Below are positions 39,490-52,000 of a stretch of DNA of 64,000 nt, piece by piece; the stretch's first letter is position 1, and each line of letters begins with the position of its first letter. The notes below the pieces were generated by a model that made no database searches, had not been told where the DNA came from, and saw nothing but the letters and a program-made list of their open reading frames with translations. The DNA is from Takakia lepidozioides (taxonomy: Eukaryota > Plantae > Bryophyta). Position numbers and translations under genes: made by a program. The stretch spans positions 26,660,001-26,724,000 of the forward strand of contig CM060733.1 in assembly GCA_030704615.1 (NCBI GenBank), written 5' to 3'.

Positions 39490-42400
39490 ATGATATATTG
39501 ATACCTTTTTTTATTTGTAATTGTTTTCTAAATTTTATCTGCCACGAATATATTGTATCATTTTTTATTTGCACGTAGTATTGGAATATTTGGAAATGCC
39601 CCCCCCCCCCCCCCCCCCCAACACACACCCAACCCGGCAGTATCCGATTTCATTTCGCTGGGTTGCATTTTGTTTTGGTTGTCATGTTGTGGTTGGGGTT
39701 GGATGATCGCAGGGGCATTGCGGACTGGGTTGTTTGTTTGGGTTGAGTGATTGTCATTTTTGGGGGCCTTGAGTTGGTCATTATTGTGTTGTTGGGATGT
39801 GGAGGGTTGCTTGGGGGGGTTGGGGTTGGGGGAACTGTCTACATATAGGGGCAGATTAGGGGCCATGACTTAGTTCTGGTTGCCATGTTTTGTGATGCTG
39901 CATGGAAGAAAGAAGGTGGTTGATAGTTGATACCAATGTTGTGCGGGTATCAGAATTTTAGTATTATACCACGCATGGTAGGTTCTGGAGGGGTGCTTTG
40001 TTTTGAACTCGGTATCATTCTAAGTATTGCAAAATAACAAATTTGCAAAGAGTATACTAGTATAAGTATTTCCCTTAGATATGTACAATATATGGTATCA
40101 ATATTATGAGTTCATTTTTTTAGATATCAGCTGAATATCAATGCGGGTATTGATACTTTTCACCACCATCAAGTATACTAAAAAAATGCACCAAATATAT
40201 ATATTATATTATATTGCACCAAATTGAACACAAATTTCATTGCTGAACCCGGTTTTGGGCGAAGCAAACTATACCCCATTCCAATATACCCCATTTTTTT
40301 AAACTTAGAGAAAGGTGGACAAAGTGACAAAGTGTCCCAAACGTATAGGAAAAAATATCCTCTGAAAGGGTGCCATAGCGGCTGATACAGGAATTCACTG
40401 CTTAATATCCACCAAGAACATGAGTCAGACAAGAAAGAGTGGAAACAGAATGGAGAAACTTAGCAACTGTGGCCCTCAAACTGATCCTATTTCGTACTGA
40501 GAAAATTTAGCAGCGGTCACCCCCCATTATGTGCCTTTAATGTTTGTGAGACACTACCAAGGATGCACAACCAAATCTCCAGCGATCCGTGCCTACTAGT
40601 GTTGTCTTACATGGATATTTGATTTAGCCTCAAACCCCCGGCAGGTCCCAACCCGGATATATATATGTGAATTTTCAGGAAGTCAAAAAATCAAATATCT
40701 GCCACCGATAATAGTTACCGCCAGATCTGAAAAGATGGGATAACCGGATCCGCTTGAGAACCGGTGATTTTCATTTTTTTTTCAATTTTATTTGAACCGG
40801 AACTAGTGGCCAAAAGAAGCATGTTATGAACCCATATATCCGGCATTGAAAACCGGAGGTTAATCTGGATACTTAACATTAAGGAGGCGGGCCATAGTCA
40901 TGAGCGGGCCTTCCTTCAATTCATTTCTATTGGTCACATTCAGAGGGGCACGTTTAAGGAGTGTAACTTATGGTGTCTCTTGACCCCGAGGGCTACAACC
41001 TTCCAGCAGGAAGGTGGACACCTTTGTGACATCAACTATTAAATGGACAATGGTGAGGCACCAAATTGGGGTGAATAGAGTATACGTATTTAGCGGTGGT
41101 TACTAGGGGTGACATGTGTGGGGCAACCTTCTTAGAAAGGCTTGGGCCCCATACCATCAGGATATATAAAGGAGAAGAGCGCTCTCCTCTCCTACCTCTT
41201 ACTAGTTATTTACTAAGTTAATACCTACTTTAGTGGGCTCTACACAGGCATGGCCTGCAAAAAAAAAGACACAAACATGAACCATATATATATAAATTAA
41301 TAGAACAGTTGAGCTGAATATGTAAACCCAAGTTTCATTTCAAGAAAATCAGCTAGTGAGAACCTTGCACGATGAAGTGGAGGGGCGAGTGGAAAAGCAC
41401 GGGAAGGACACGCAGGCGCGAGAGAAAAAGGGGGGTTGTTGAGTAGATAGGTGGGCCGGGCTGTATGGACACCTAGAAAGAGGGGGGTGAGAATGTTCAA
41501 TTTAGAAAAGGTAAGGAAATAGGCGCACCATTGGAGCAGCCAATGGTGCGCTCAGATTAGAGTTTTGCAGGTTGGAATTACTGGAAACGTGTCAAAGGGT
41601 GGGGTGGTTTACGTAGGGTAGGACACGTGGGGTGTCTTAGAAGTCTCTAGAGTCTTATGGAAGCCCACCACCGCCTCCCTCCCGGGGTATTTATCCACAA
41701 ATGGGAATGCGGCAAATAATTCATGCCTGTGATCTTTCTTCTAGTTTCACTTCTTAGGGATGTTTTCTTTTGTCTTGTTGGATGTCTTTTGTGGTTCATA
41801 CAAACTGCAGAAAATCTTGACATGACTATACCAGTGTTGTACCGGTACATAGGATTAACCCGGGTATCAATAGTGGGTATCAACCTTGTATGAGAGAACC
41901 TACTAGGCGGGTAGGTGACGGCCACAATACCCAGGATAGACCAGTGTTACCCTATTTCGGGCTGCCACCCTACCATACTCATATGGATACCTCTCGTGAA
42001 TGCAGAACGCAATACAAGTTTCAAAGACCCCGGTTTCCTTCTTGAATCCTGGGTAGGGTCTTGCAATATACTAACAAACATTCTACGGAAGGTTCTACGG
42101 AAGGGTGACGGCTAAGTAGAGGGAACCTTTAGGCGGCAGATTGTAGTAAAGGTGAGAGATTTGTTAGATTTGGGGTGGTTGTGTAATTGCAGCTGTGATA
42201 ACACCAAGGACTGCGTTGGCAATGGACAAATCGTGGCTGGTATGCCTATGTATGTTTTGGAAACCCTTGATGTCACAGCCTATCTGTCGTGAGAATAAAC
42301 TTCATACCCGGGTTGATATCCGCCTGGTATTTTACAATTCCAAACCCTACTATTGATACCACATAATGGTTTTTGCAAAAAGCAATACATATACCAGTAT

Positions 42401-42580
42401 TCTATTTCAAAAATCCTTGTTTTGCAATACCTAGGGCCATACAGGTGTTCATATTTATAAAAAAATCAAGCCCCGGACCCGACTGGTATGTTAAAAATTC
42501 AATACCAACACTCGACTATACCCACATGAATGAAGGAACATTGTGTCTTCGTCAGCATCTCCAAATACCCGCAATCATTC
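39490..42580. mobile_element. cluster of degraded hAT-like non-autonomous elements
   Basis: Many GATACC/GGTATC and AACCGG subterminal-type motifs and CAGTGTT-type ends (e.g. 41833). Poly-C at 39599-39619. Perfect 12-bp-arm hairpin at 41523-41551. Confidence 0.5.
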
Positions 42581-43095
42581 TTTAAAAGAATATGAGCATA
42601 TGAAGAAGTTCAAACAAAGAATCGTTAGGGGTGGCATAAAGACAATGTGATATTGGCAGGCGGTTGCTATATTTGTCTGTGTACTATTTTTGAACTGTGA
42701 ATAGGAGTATCCTGTTTCTTGCCAAGCTCTAGCTACTCCCTTTACTAAAAGAATGTTTTTTGGTTCTGTTCTTTTAGAGAGCTTTTGGTCATATACCAGA
42801 TTTTTGTGGAGCCAACGTAGTGGGAACACATGTCAGACGTCTGGATGAATGACTAGCTGATGGATGAATTTTTCTTTTTCATAAATTGGGATATAATATA
42901 TAACCATAAATGACAAAAAATTGTAGAAATTCCCTACACGAAAAGGCAGTGCGCCTGCATGTTTCCTGTGTCTTGATCTTCTTCTTTTGCTAGGGAAGAG
43001 GCTCTCATTTTCGCTAGCTTCGGTTGGCGTCATATATATATATTCTTCTTTTGAGAAGAGGGGATGCCATACCGAAGTGCAAAGGATGTGAAAAC

Positions 43096-43431
43096 CAATG
43101 TTGGGTGGTTATTTGAATTTCTCTCTAATACCCGGCGGTTACCTATCCGGTTATATATATATATGACCGGCGGAGGTGAAAAAATAAAGTAACCGGTCCA
43201 GTTAGGAACCGGCGGCGGTCACGCATTCAAATAACCGAGCAAAAAACCTCTTAAAGAACCGCCCAATACCCGCGGTTATTTGATGAAAACCGCCGGTTAT
43301 TTGAGGTTTTTGCAAGTAACCGTAACCGTGAAGGTTATATTTAGCCATAAAAAATTTATTAACCGCAACCGCGGTTAATAGTTTCCTAAAATTTGAAACA
43401 ACTGGAACCGCCGGTTATGAAACCCAACACG
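43096..43431. mobile_element. hAT-type MITE with 8-bp TSD
   Basis: TSD GTGAAAAC at 43088-43095 and 43432-43439. Imperfect TIRs CAATGTTGGG and CCCAACACG. Dense AACCG/CGGTT repeats. Confidence 0.9.
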
Positions 43432-43450
43432 GTGAAAACCACCCCCATTG

Positions 43451-43488
43451 GTAGCTGAGTTGGATAGAGCACTAAATGCCAACTAGGT
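43451..43488 (+). mobile_element. tRNA-derived SINE head remnant
   Basis: TAGCTGAGTTGGATAGAGCACTAAATGCCA (A box), similar to the element at 56753-56816. Confidence 0.5.
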
Positions 43489-45628
43489 TTTAGTTTTTAA
43501 TTTTTAGTTTTATTGTTCCTTCAGTCACGGTACGTCGTGTGTGTAAGCTTTATGGCAGCCTACGGGCATCAAGGGTTTTAATATTTTTCCCTTCAATAAT
43601 TCGAATAAATTAACCAGGGCCTTCCCTGTTCCTCAATAAATATATATATATATAAACAAGAAAGGCCCCTACGCCTCATGGCAATAAGGGTTTAATTTTT
43701 TCCCTTTAATCAATAAAAGTATCAGGGTCTCCATCCCCTGTTCTGTTTAAAAAAAAAAAAGGGAGGGGGGACGGAGGACGGAGGCCCTTTAAATCGTCTT
43801 TTTTGTTGCGATATATATATATATATATGCCAAAAGGCTCCATTTTTTTGTGGGCTCCTACCTCATTAAAGGAAAATGAAGGAATTTTTTTTCCAGTTGA
43901 ACCAGAGGTTGTCACCAGAAAATCCGTCGAATTTCCGTTTTGGACCTGTAAAACCTGCCACCTGTCATATAGCGGACCTTTCCAGAGGTGCCAGCTCATT
44001 TTTTTGCCACATGGGCCGTTGGGTAGAATCCAGGGTATCCACTCGCTACTTGTGCGCCGAGTCATGATGACGTGACTTTGAAAAAGGTTATTTCTCCCCC
44101 CACTATAATTAACAGTCATGACACAAATGTTGGCAGATGACTCGATGAACCTCATCACCGCATTGATGTGAGAAAAGACATGAAGTGTTGATAAGTCATG
44201 GCCGTTTTAGACAGTTTTGGACCGAGGTCACATCCCGAGGCGTAAAGTCAAATCGAACCAAGAGTCAAATTCTCCACAGAAGTTGAACAGTCTGGCTGGT
44301 CCACCAAAGTTGTAGTTGTGTGACGTGTCTGCCCAAAGTCCAAACGTCCAAACCCTTCTTTAATTTCTCTTACCGAAGAAGTTTTGTCGGTCACAGTTCA
44401 CAACCACAAGTGGCCGCCTGTGTGAAAGTTTGTGGTAATGGGCTCCGAAGTAACTACAGAATCCCACGAGTGCTTTCAGTTCGCTTATCAAAGGATCTGT
44501 GCTTGTACCAAATCTATTTCTTCTATGTACAGGCATCCTCCTCAGCTAATATGCTATTGGAGGCATCTCGAATCTCAGAAGCTCGGAGCGACATGTGGAG
44601 GCTTCCCGCGAGCACTTCCTGAATCCTCACCGACCCGCAGAAGTGCAATAAAAAGTGAATATGCGTTTCGGCGAAGCATCTAAGTATGAACAATCCGGAA
44701 TTCGAAGACTCCCAAGTGTGAGTGTAAGGATTCCCCTACTTTCGAGTTGGGGTAATTCCAATCTCGCAACAATGGGACCTCCGGACAATGTGCTATAATG
44801 CTGGATAATCGGGATCGGATGCCCTCCAGTTCACATTTATAATCCAGCACGCAGTAAGTATCTGGTTTGCGAGTCTTCACCACAGGCCACTATATTTTGG
44901 AAATAGCTTGAGGAGCTCCAAGTCAGGCTGATCTAGAAAGGTAGCACAAGCGAGCGGTTTTGCTTCTTCACATGAAAGGCGGTGGGGTCACCTTCATGTA
45001 TGGGCCCACCAACACGCAGTCGGAGGAAAGTACAAAAAGGAGCTCTGACAGCAACGGTCCCAGGTCAGCTGTAGCCTGTATGTCCTCCTTTCCCCGAGTT
45101 TTCTCCTCTAGCTGCCGGCGTCTACAGGAATTGTAAATCAGTGCCCAAGTCAACCTTAGGGTGGTCTTAGGGTGGTCTTCCAAAAAGAATATTTCACAGA
45201 AAACTGTCTCACAGCGGTGGTATAAAACAGATGACATGTAGAATTTCTTTTGTACAGTCCTTGGTTTCTTGAGCTCGAAAGCACGCTGTCCCTCTTCCTC
45301 TTCCCGTCATAGAGGTCGCTGACTTCCTTTAGACACTATCTAGACTTCATCTCCTTCAAATCTGAATGTCACTCTCTCTGGGATCTCTTACTCCTCTCCA
45401 CCGAGTCTGATGCAGTGAGGTCCGATCCAGTGCTATCTCCATACCTTCCAGGCCCTTCATCTCCTTTCAATTTATTCTAGAGGGCAACTCCAGACGTCCC
45501 ATTCGTTCCCACCTCCAACCCACGTACCAATCTTTCAACCTGAATGACAAGTTCGTGTGAAGAAGTCCCACACAGGAAGATATAAATCATCCCAGGCGCC
45601 AACGTAGTCGCAGGCACATTCCACTCCA

Positions 45629-46882
45629 ATGGGATCTCCTGCAACTTACAGAGCAGTTCTCTTGCTAATAGTGACCTGCATACTGCGCATATGCGCGGCG
45701 CAGACATGTGGAAGCCAGGCAGGGGGTGCACTGTGTACCAATAATCTGTGCTGTAGTCAGTATGGTTACTGTGGAGCTAGCAGTGCGTACTGCGGTCTTG
45801 GCTGCCAAAGCGGCCCGTGCACTAACCTTAGCGCCCCCCAGCCACCCCCTCCTCCTTCACCTCCTCCTTCGCCTCCTGCTCCTCCTCCTCCTCCTCCGGC
45901 CGTTGTTTCTCCTACTCCTTCGTGTGGAGTGGGAAAGGTGATCACTAGAAAACTATTTGATCAGCTATACCCCAATCGTAACAGAACATTCTACACATAT
46001 GACGCATTTATCGTTGCAGCCAATTCATACCCCTCATTTGGAACAACCGGCTCCAGAAATGACATAAAGAGGGAGATTGCTGCGCTCAGCGCTCACTTTC
46101 AGCAAGAGACAGCAGGTAAGGCCCCTATCCGCTATCAATCGACGGCCTCTTTCGTCCGAAGTGCTAGGGTACCTGGTCTCTGGAATCTAAACATAATTTC
46201 CGAAGTGCACAGTTTAATGTAGTCTGAGTATCGACTTTGTTGTGGCAGGTTTATTCTACGTGGAAGAGATTGATCAATCCTTCAACTACTGTGACAGCAC
46301 CAGCACTCAGTACCCTTGCGCTCCTGGGCAAGCTTATTTTGGACGAGGTCCTCTGCAACTCTCGTGGTCAGTAGCAACCTTCAAACCCAATTCTCAGAAG
46401 TTGGTGCATGGAAGTTGCAAGGTGGATTTGACTTTCAAGCCGGTCCAGATGTTTATAATGCACACTGTTTAATTGGAACCTGCATTGCCTGACATGTTTT
46501 TTGTTACAGGAACTTCAACTACGGAGCAGCAAGTTCCTCTGTTGGCGCTAATATCCTCGCTCAGCCCTACCTAGTGGCACGAGACCCCGTTATTGCTTTC
46601 AAGACGGCTCTCTGGTTCTGGACGACTCGCCATGGTGCCCAAGAACCCTCTTGCCATGAGGCGATAATTGGCAAGTGGAAACCCACAGATGCGGATAAAG
46701 CTGCTGGTAGGTTACCAGGATTCGGGGTCACCACCGACATCATCAACGGTGGCATCGAGTGCGGCCATAAAAATGCAACTGCGCAGGAATCAAATCGCGT
46801 GAAGTACTACAAACAATATTGTGCCCAGCTGAGCGTGCTTCCGGGAGATAATCTCGACTGTAGATGCATGAAGCCCTTTTAA
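45629..46882 (+). CDS. GH19 chitinase with signal peptide, hevein (CBM18) domain and Pro-rich linker
   Basis: Exons 45629-46115, 46249-46366, 46510-46882. 8-Cys hevein domain, [46 protein letters not shown]. Confidence 0.95.
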
Positions 46883-49058
46883 GCATTTCTGAGGACCATC
46901 CCAAGGACATGGAATCTCCTTCCTCAGAGAAGACGCTTAAAGCGTACATTTATGTCCAGAAGGACTGGCTGGCACCATAAGGATGAATCCCGGCTAGTAG
47001 GCTCATTTTTTGCGGAGGTCGGCTTTCCTTGGAATCTTAGTCTCCCTTAAATGAAGCAGACGCTCACACCGTGCATTTGTCCCTTGAGTTTCACTTATAA
47101 TTATAATTGTCAATAGCCGGAAAGTCAGACTCTCCTCATGAATATCTGTAAAGACGGTGAGTGTTGGTTGGTAAGAGGCTGCCATGTCTCTCCTCGCTTA
47201 ATGCAAATGAGGCATACATACACGGTTGAGGAGGGAGTAGCAAGTGACAGATCCTGTAGCCATCTGTAAGTGACAAGGTACCCGCTTTTGGTCATTTACG
47301 GGGCCATCTCTGCTATCCACTAACCCGATTTATTGCCTCATCGAAGGGTGTCTCATCCACACCACCTGCCGGGTCCATACACTCCGCTGGAACAGCCGAC
47401 ATTAGCTATGGCTTCAACCGCGTGCAATTTAGAATCTGATCTTCCTTTGAAGATTTACAGTGATGGCTGTTACAAGGCATTTGAATATGCATGAATGACA
47501 GATCAATCAGAATCACTATCTATTCTCCGAGAGACTTTTAGTAGACAGCGTCCTTCTTCAACGAGAGCTGTGCTGCACTAAGTAATTGTGCCCCGCGCCA
47601 CAACTGGATTTGATAAACTCTTGAAGATACAATGAGCCCACGTATGGCAAACGAGGTATGCTTTTTTGTCAACGCATGGTGAAACATGAGGTAATTTGTT
47701 TTTGCTTTGAGATCAGTAAAGGGGAGAAGGAAGGGACAATTGAATCTGGGCAGAAGATCTTATATTCCAGAATTCAAGGGACAACGTGATGCTCAAACTC
47801 TATGCACGCAACACTTCAGCACAGTGGAACCAGATGAGGGCGAATCACTGAGAAAGACAAGTTTCAGAAGAAGCCCCAGCAGGGACAGAGACCAAGGCAG
47901 CTCTAGCTTCCGTGGGCAAAAAGACGAACAAAATAACTAGTACATCTGTTGACCTAGCTGTGTCCCATAGAATATACACTATGATCATCACCAAGATGTT
48001 GGCCTCAAATTCTGAAAGAGTAGAGTGCAAAATCTCCAGTTTCGCAGCCAGGAGAACTCTAAACTCCTTGTCCTAGGTGCAGAAGTAAGCCTACTAAGGT
48101 CAGCCCCTATTGCTGAAGCTCTTATCACCCTGGAATGATGAAATTCAAGCTGATGAGCTCCAACCTCCAATAATGAAATGAGATTGCCTCATGAAAGAAG
48201 GGATACACTACTACCCGTGAAAGTAAACCACGATCTGTTCCACTAAGGACTCCCACAACAGGACAGATAAAAGAATACAGTCTGAACTTCGAGGAACCCC
48301 GTTGGCTCCTGAATAATGCATCCCTGTTTATTCTACACTTGTACCACCATGCAGGTTGTCACACACTTAATAATCACCATTGAAGCTGTCCATGCATGAG
48401 GATGGCTGCCCTGAAGAATGCTGTACATATGCCACAGCTACGCAGAAATGTAAACAGGATTATCTAGGAAAATATGCTTTCAGTGGGTAGACAGATTACA
48501 ACTGACCCTTCTCGTAATGTGGCTGGCTTGTGCCTACCAAGGTGATCCACATATTCTATATATAATACTACGCATGGTTATCTAGTTGAAGAGCACTTCA
48601 TACAGAAGGCTAACAGGCTATGATGAACCCACCAATTGCAGAAATAGAACACATATTTCTACTGTATGCACCACAAGTTGAAGTGGCAAGGGGGAAATTG
48701 TTCTCAAGCATAAGCTTACTGTGTTTCACTCAGTGCCCACCGTGTTAAAGGTGGTCTCATGGTGACAAAATGGGCTTGTCAAACTCAAATTGCTCTTGTA
48801 GGCAGGAAGGAGTGAGAAATAACTTCGCTGACAAACTCCAAGAACATGCTCTATCAGGCTCGAATGACACTGACTTCTCAAGGACAATCTCTTTCCAACT
48901 CCTTGAGCAACAGGAACCAAATGTGTGAGTGAGTAGTGTCATTAATACACTCGGATACTGAGGAAAAAAGAGAGGTGCTGACCTACCTTGGATGCTCCAC
49001 GTAAATGGCACAAGTAATCTACAAGGTCCAAATAGAAAGTGGTCTCAGACACCGAGAG

Positions 49059-52000
49059 TCAGTGTTTCGGGTCTGCACAGCTACCTCTAGCTCCCATTTG
49101 CATCTGCTCTTTCCCATCTTTTCATATACAAATCCAGCTCCATCCTGCACCTCTCGAGCACCTGCACCATTGCAGATCCATTTTACTTTTCATCTGATAG
49201 TTTCTGCAATCTTTCTACCTTCAGGTACTACATTTGGTGACATGCTTTTCACCCTAGAGAAAAGGCTTGGCCTTTTCTATCCCACTTTCCTGTGGAATAG
49301 CTCATACTACACAAATCCATCTTTTTTTATAAAGGCTTATTCAAACTACTACCAGGTATTCACTTAGTGTTGTAATTGTTCAATTACTAAACCCTCCCAC
49401 CACAATAAAGGACCAGAATCAGAGCCAAAAAATACTAACCACTTCCCGTGCTGGCTTCCCTTGATGTGGTTCTCCCTGAGACAAAAACAATGAGCAGGAG
49501 TGAGAACCCAGTCTTGCGCCCTTGCAAATGATTATCAGTACAAATAACACAGTGGGAGATTCACAACTAGACAAATAGGTAGAAGGACACAAGCTACTGA
49601 AGAGTGACTTTGCCTTCACCATACCCTCTAATACTGATGAGGATAATTGCAGGAAGTCAAGATGGAGCCTCAAGCACCCAATCCACGAGGTCCTCCCCGC
49701 CAATTGCTACTGGCTAGACTAAAATTCAACCGCCGTCTGATCTGTTATCATGGATTGGCAAATACTTCTGCACACTTGCCAAGCACAAAGCTTACCAGTA
49801 CACTGCATTATCATAGAGAAAATTCAGGCAATTAGCTTTCCTCTACACAAAAGAGAAAGAAGGAAGGGAAGTGCACCTGTTGTCCAAGAGAGGGAATAAC
49901 CTTGTGTTGGATCCACTGAGCATCAACCACCCCTATCTTCTCAAGTGCAGGCTGCAACCCAGGTATTCAACAAATCAGCACTGGCATCGACATGACATCG
50001 TGCTAGAAAGCTGTTTCTAGACATCTAAAGCCTAATTATAAGAAGTGAGGTCAGTTACATCAATGCAGCGATGAAGGCGGAAGTCCAGGCCCCACCCATG
50101 AACCAGGTCATTCTGCCGCCAACCAATGCCAATCACAGGTCTTAGCCATTGCTTGGTCCCCAACCTTTAGATTGGCCCTAAAAAAACTTTCCTTGCCAAA
50201 AATACTTGCAGCTTGTCCTACATGTCCCACACATCTTCACTTCGTAAATCCTCTCAACAAATCCCTTTACACTTGCCAATCCTCGTTTGACAACCTTAAG
50301 CACCAGATATGTGATACTTAAAATGGATACAATGCTCCCTGAAACAATTTAAGTAGGAAGACAAGTAACAAGCTCACAAGCCCACTTTCTTTGGGATGAA
50401 GTAACCTGTATAATATACCAAACACATTGCCATGCTTTTCGAGAAAAGACGGGGGCCATGATTTCTACAAACCTGCAGTAGTCACACAAAGCCAGGTTGA
50501 GCCAAAAATTCCAGTCCACTGTCACGGAAGCTCAGCCTTTCAGCAAAGGCAATGTTGTTAAGGAGGCCTGATCCGGACTTCCCAGCTCAACTCACTATGT
50601 CCAGATGCATTGATAATATGTCCATCTGATTCACTAAGAAGAGGCTCTGAACAAAACAAGTATCCTGGGTGCACATGATACCTAATATATAAAGCCACAC
50701 CATCTTTCTGTTCAATAGATATTACATAGATCGCGGAAGGTTACCGCACCCTTCACATGGTGGCTTGTGTGGATCTGAACACAAGCCCGGCTTTTCTTCC
50801 GCCACCCTGAAGAGACACAACACAAGCACTTTAGTTGTAAATCAGGGTGCATTTGATTTTGACAAGTTCATGATGCAAGCTTAAGCAACGCACGGCTATG
50901 AAGGCCTGTCCTATTGTTCTTCATTAGACCACTTTTTGTTGTGGTCATTAGATGACAAGGAGCTCGGTTAAGATTCAAGTGTACTGTTGTCCTTTCAGAA
51001 TAGTTGTTATGGAGGAAGATGGACCATACAGTTTGGTTAGTCAGGATATTGGATAGGAGGTGTTCACATCAAAGTATCAGCTCAACATGTTGAAGATCAT
51101 ACACATTGTCACAGTAGGTGTGATTATTTGCGAAGGTTTTCTTGTGTGTTATGATTTCGAACTAAACTCCAGTGTGGCCAGCGTATAGCTAAGTGGAATT
51201 ACCCACGCTTGCACTCAACAACAAATGCTTACCTGTGAACCTCAACGTCGGCCTGGCGTTTAGTCATTTGCCAAGACACACCCCAATCAGGCTCGAGGCC
51301 AACACCCCGATCAGGCTCCAGGGCTGGTTGCGATATCTCTAGCCCATACTTCTCCACGAGTTCTATGTACCTGCATAACGGACTTCCCCACCCACTTATC
51401 CCATGAAACTTATACGCCCTCTAAGATATGCCATGGCCCACAACACTGGGAGCAGCAAGTAGAGATCTTGCAGCAGGGGAAGCAGGTTCACCACCTTATT
51501 TCGTCCACCATCGACAGATTCTACGCTGTAACCAGCGACGTGACTTAGATATTTGCAAATCACAAAGAGTGAGCCAAAGATAATTGGAATGAGGGAGTTC
51601 AAACAGACCTTTCTGAGTCGAAGTGCTCCAAATCGAGATCCTCGTCCCAAATAAATATGTACTCATATGGGTCCACAATATCTGGGTGCAAAAACCGCTT
51701 CGCATACCACCTGAAAAGTACGTCATTCCGATGTCACAGCAAGAACGGCATCTCAGTCTACCAAGTCAGTGGAATGGTAGGATGTCATTCTCTCTCTGCT
51801 GCTCCTTCGACACTAACACAACAATATGCAAGTGTTGATACATGAAGGGAAAAACTGCAAAGAGAACCTACCACTTGGCTTGTTTGCTGGCACTGACATG
51901 TATAGCACTTTTAGCCCAGTCAAAGACATCCCACTCATTAACATGCCCATCGTAATGGAAAAGCATAATTTGCCAGTCCTTGGAAAACTGCACACAAATG

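Noticed and set aside
40962-41250. Solo LTR (TGTAAC...ACA with a TATA box)
   Set aside because: No matching 4-6 bp TSD and no second copy in the window.
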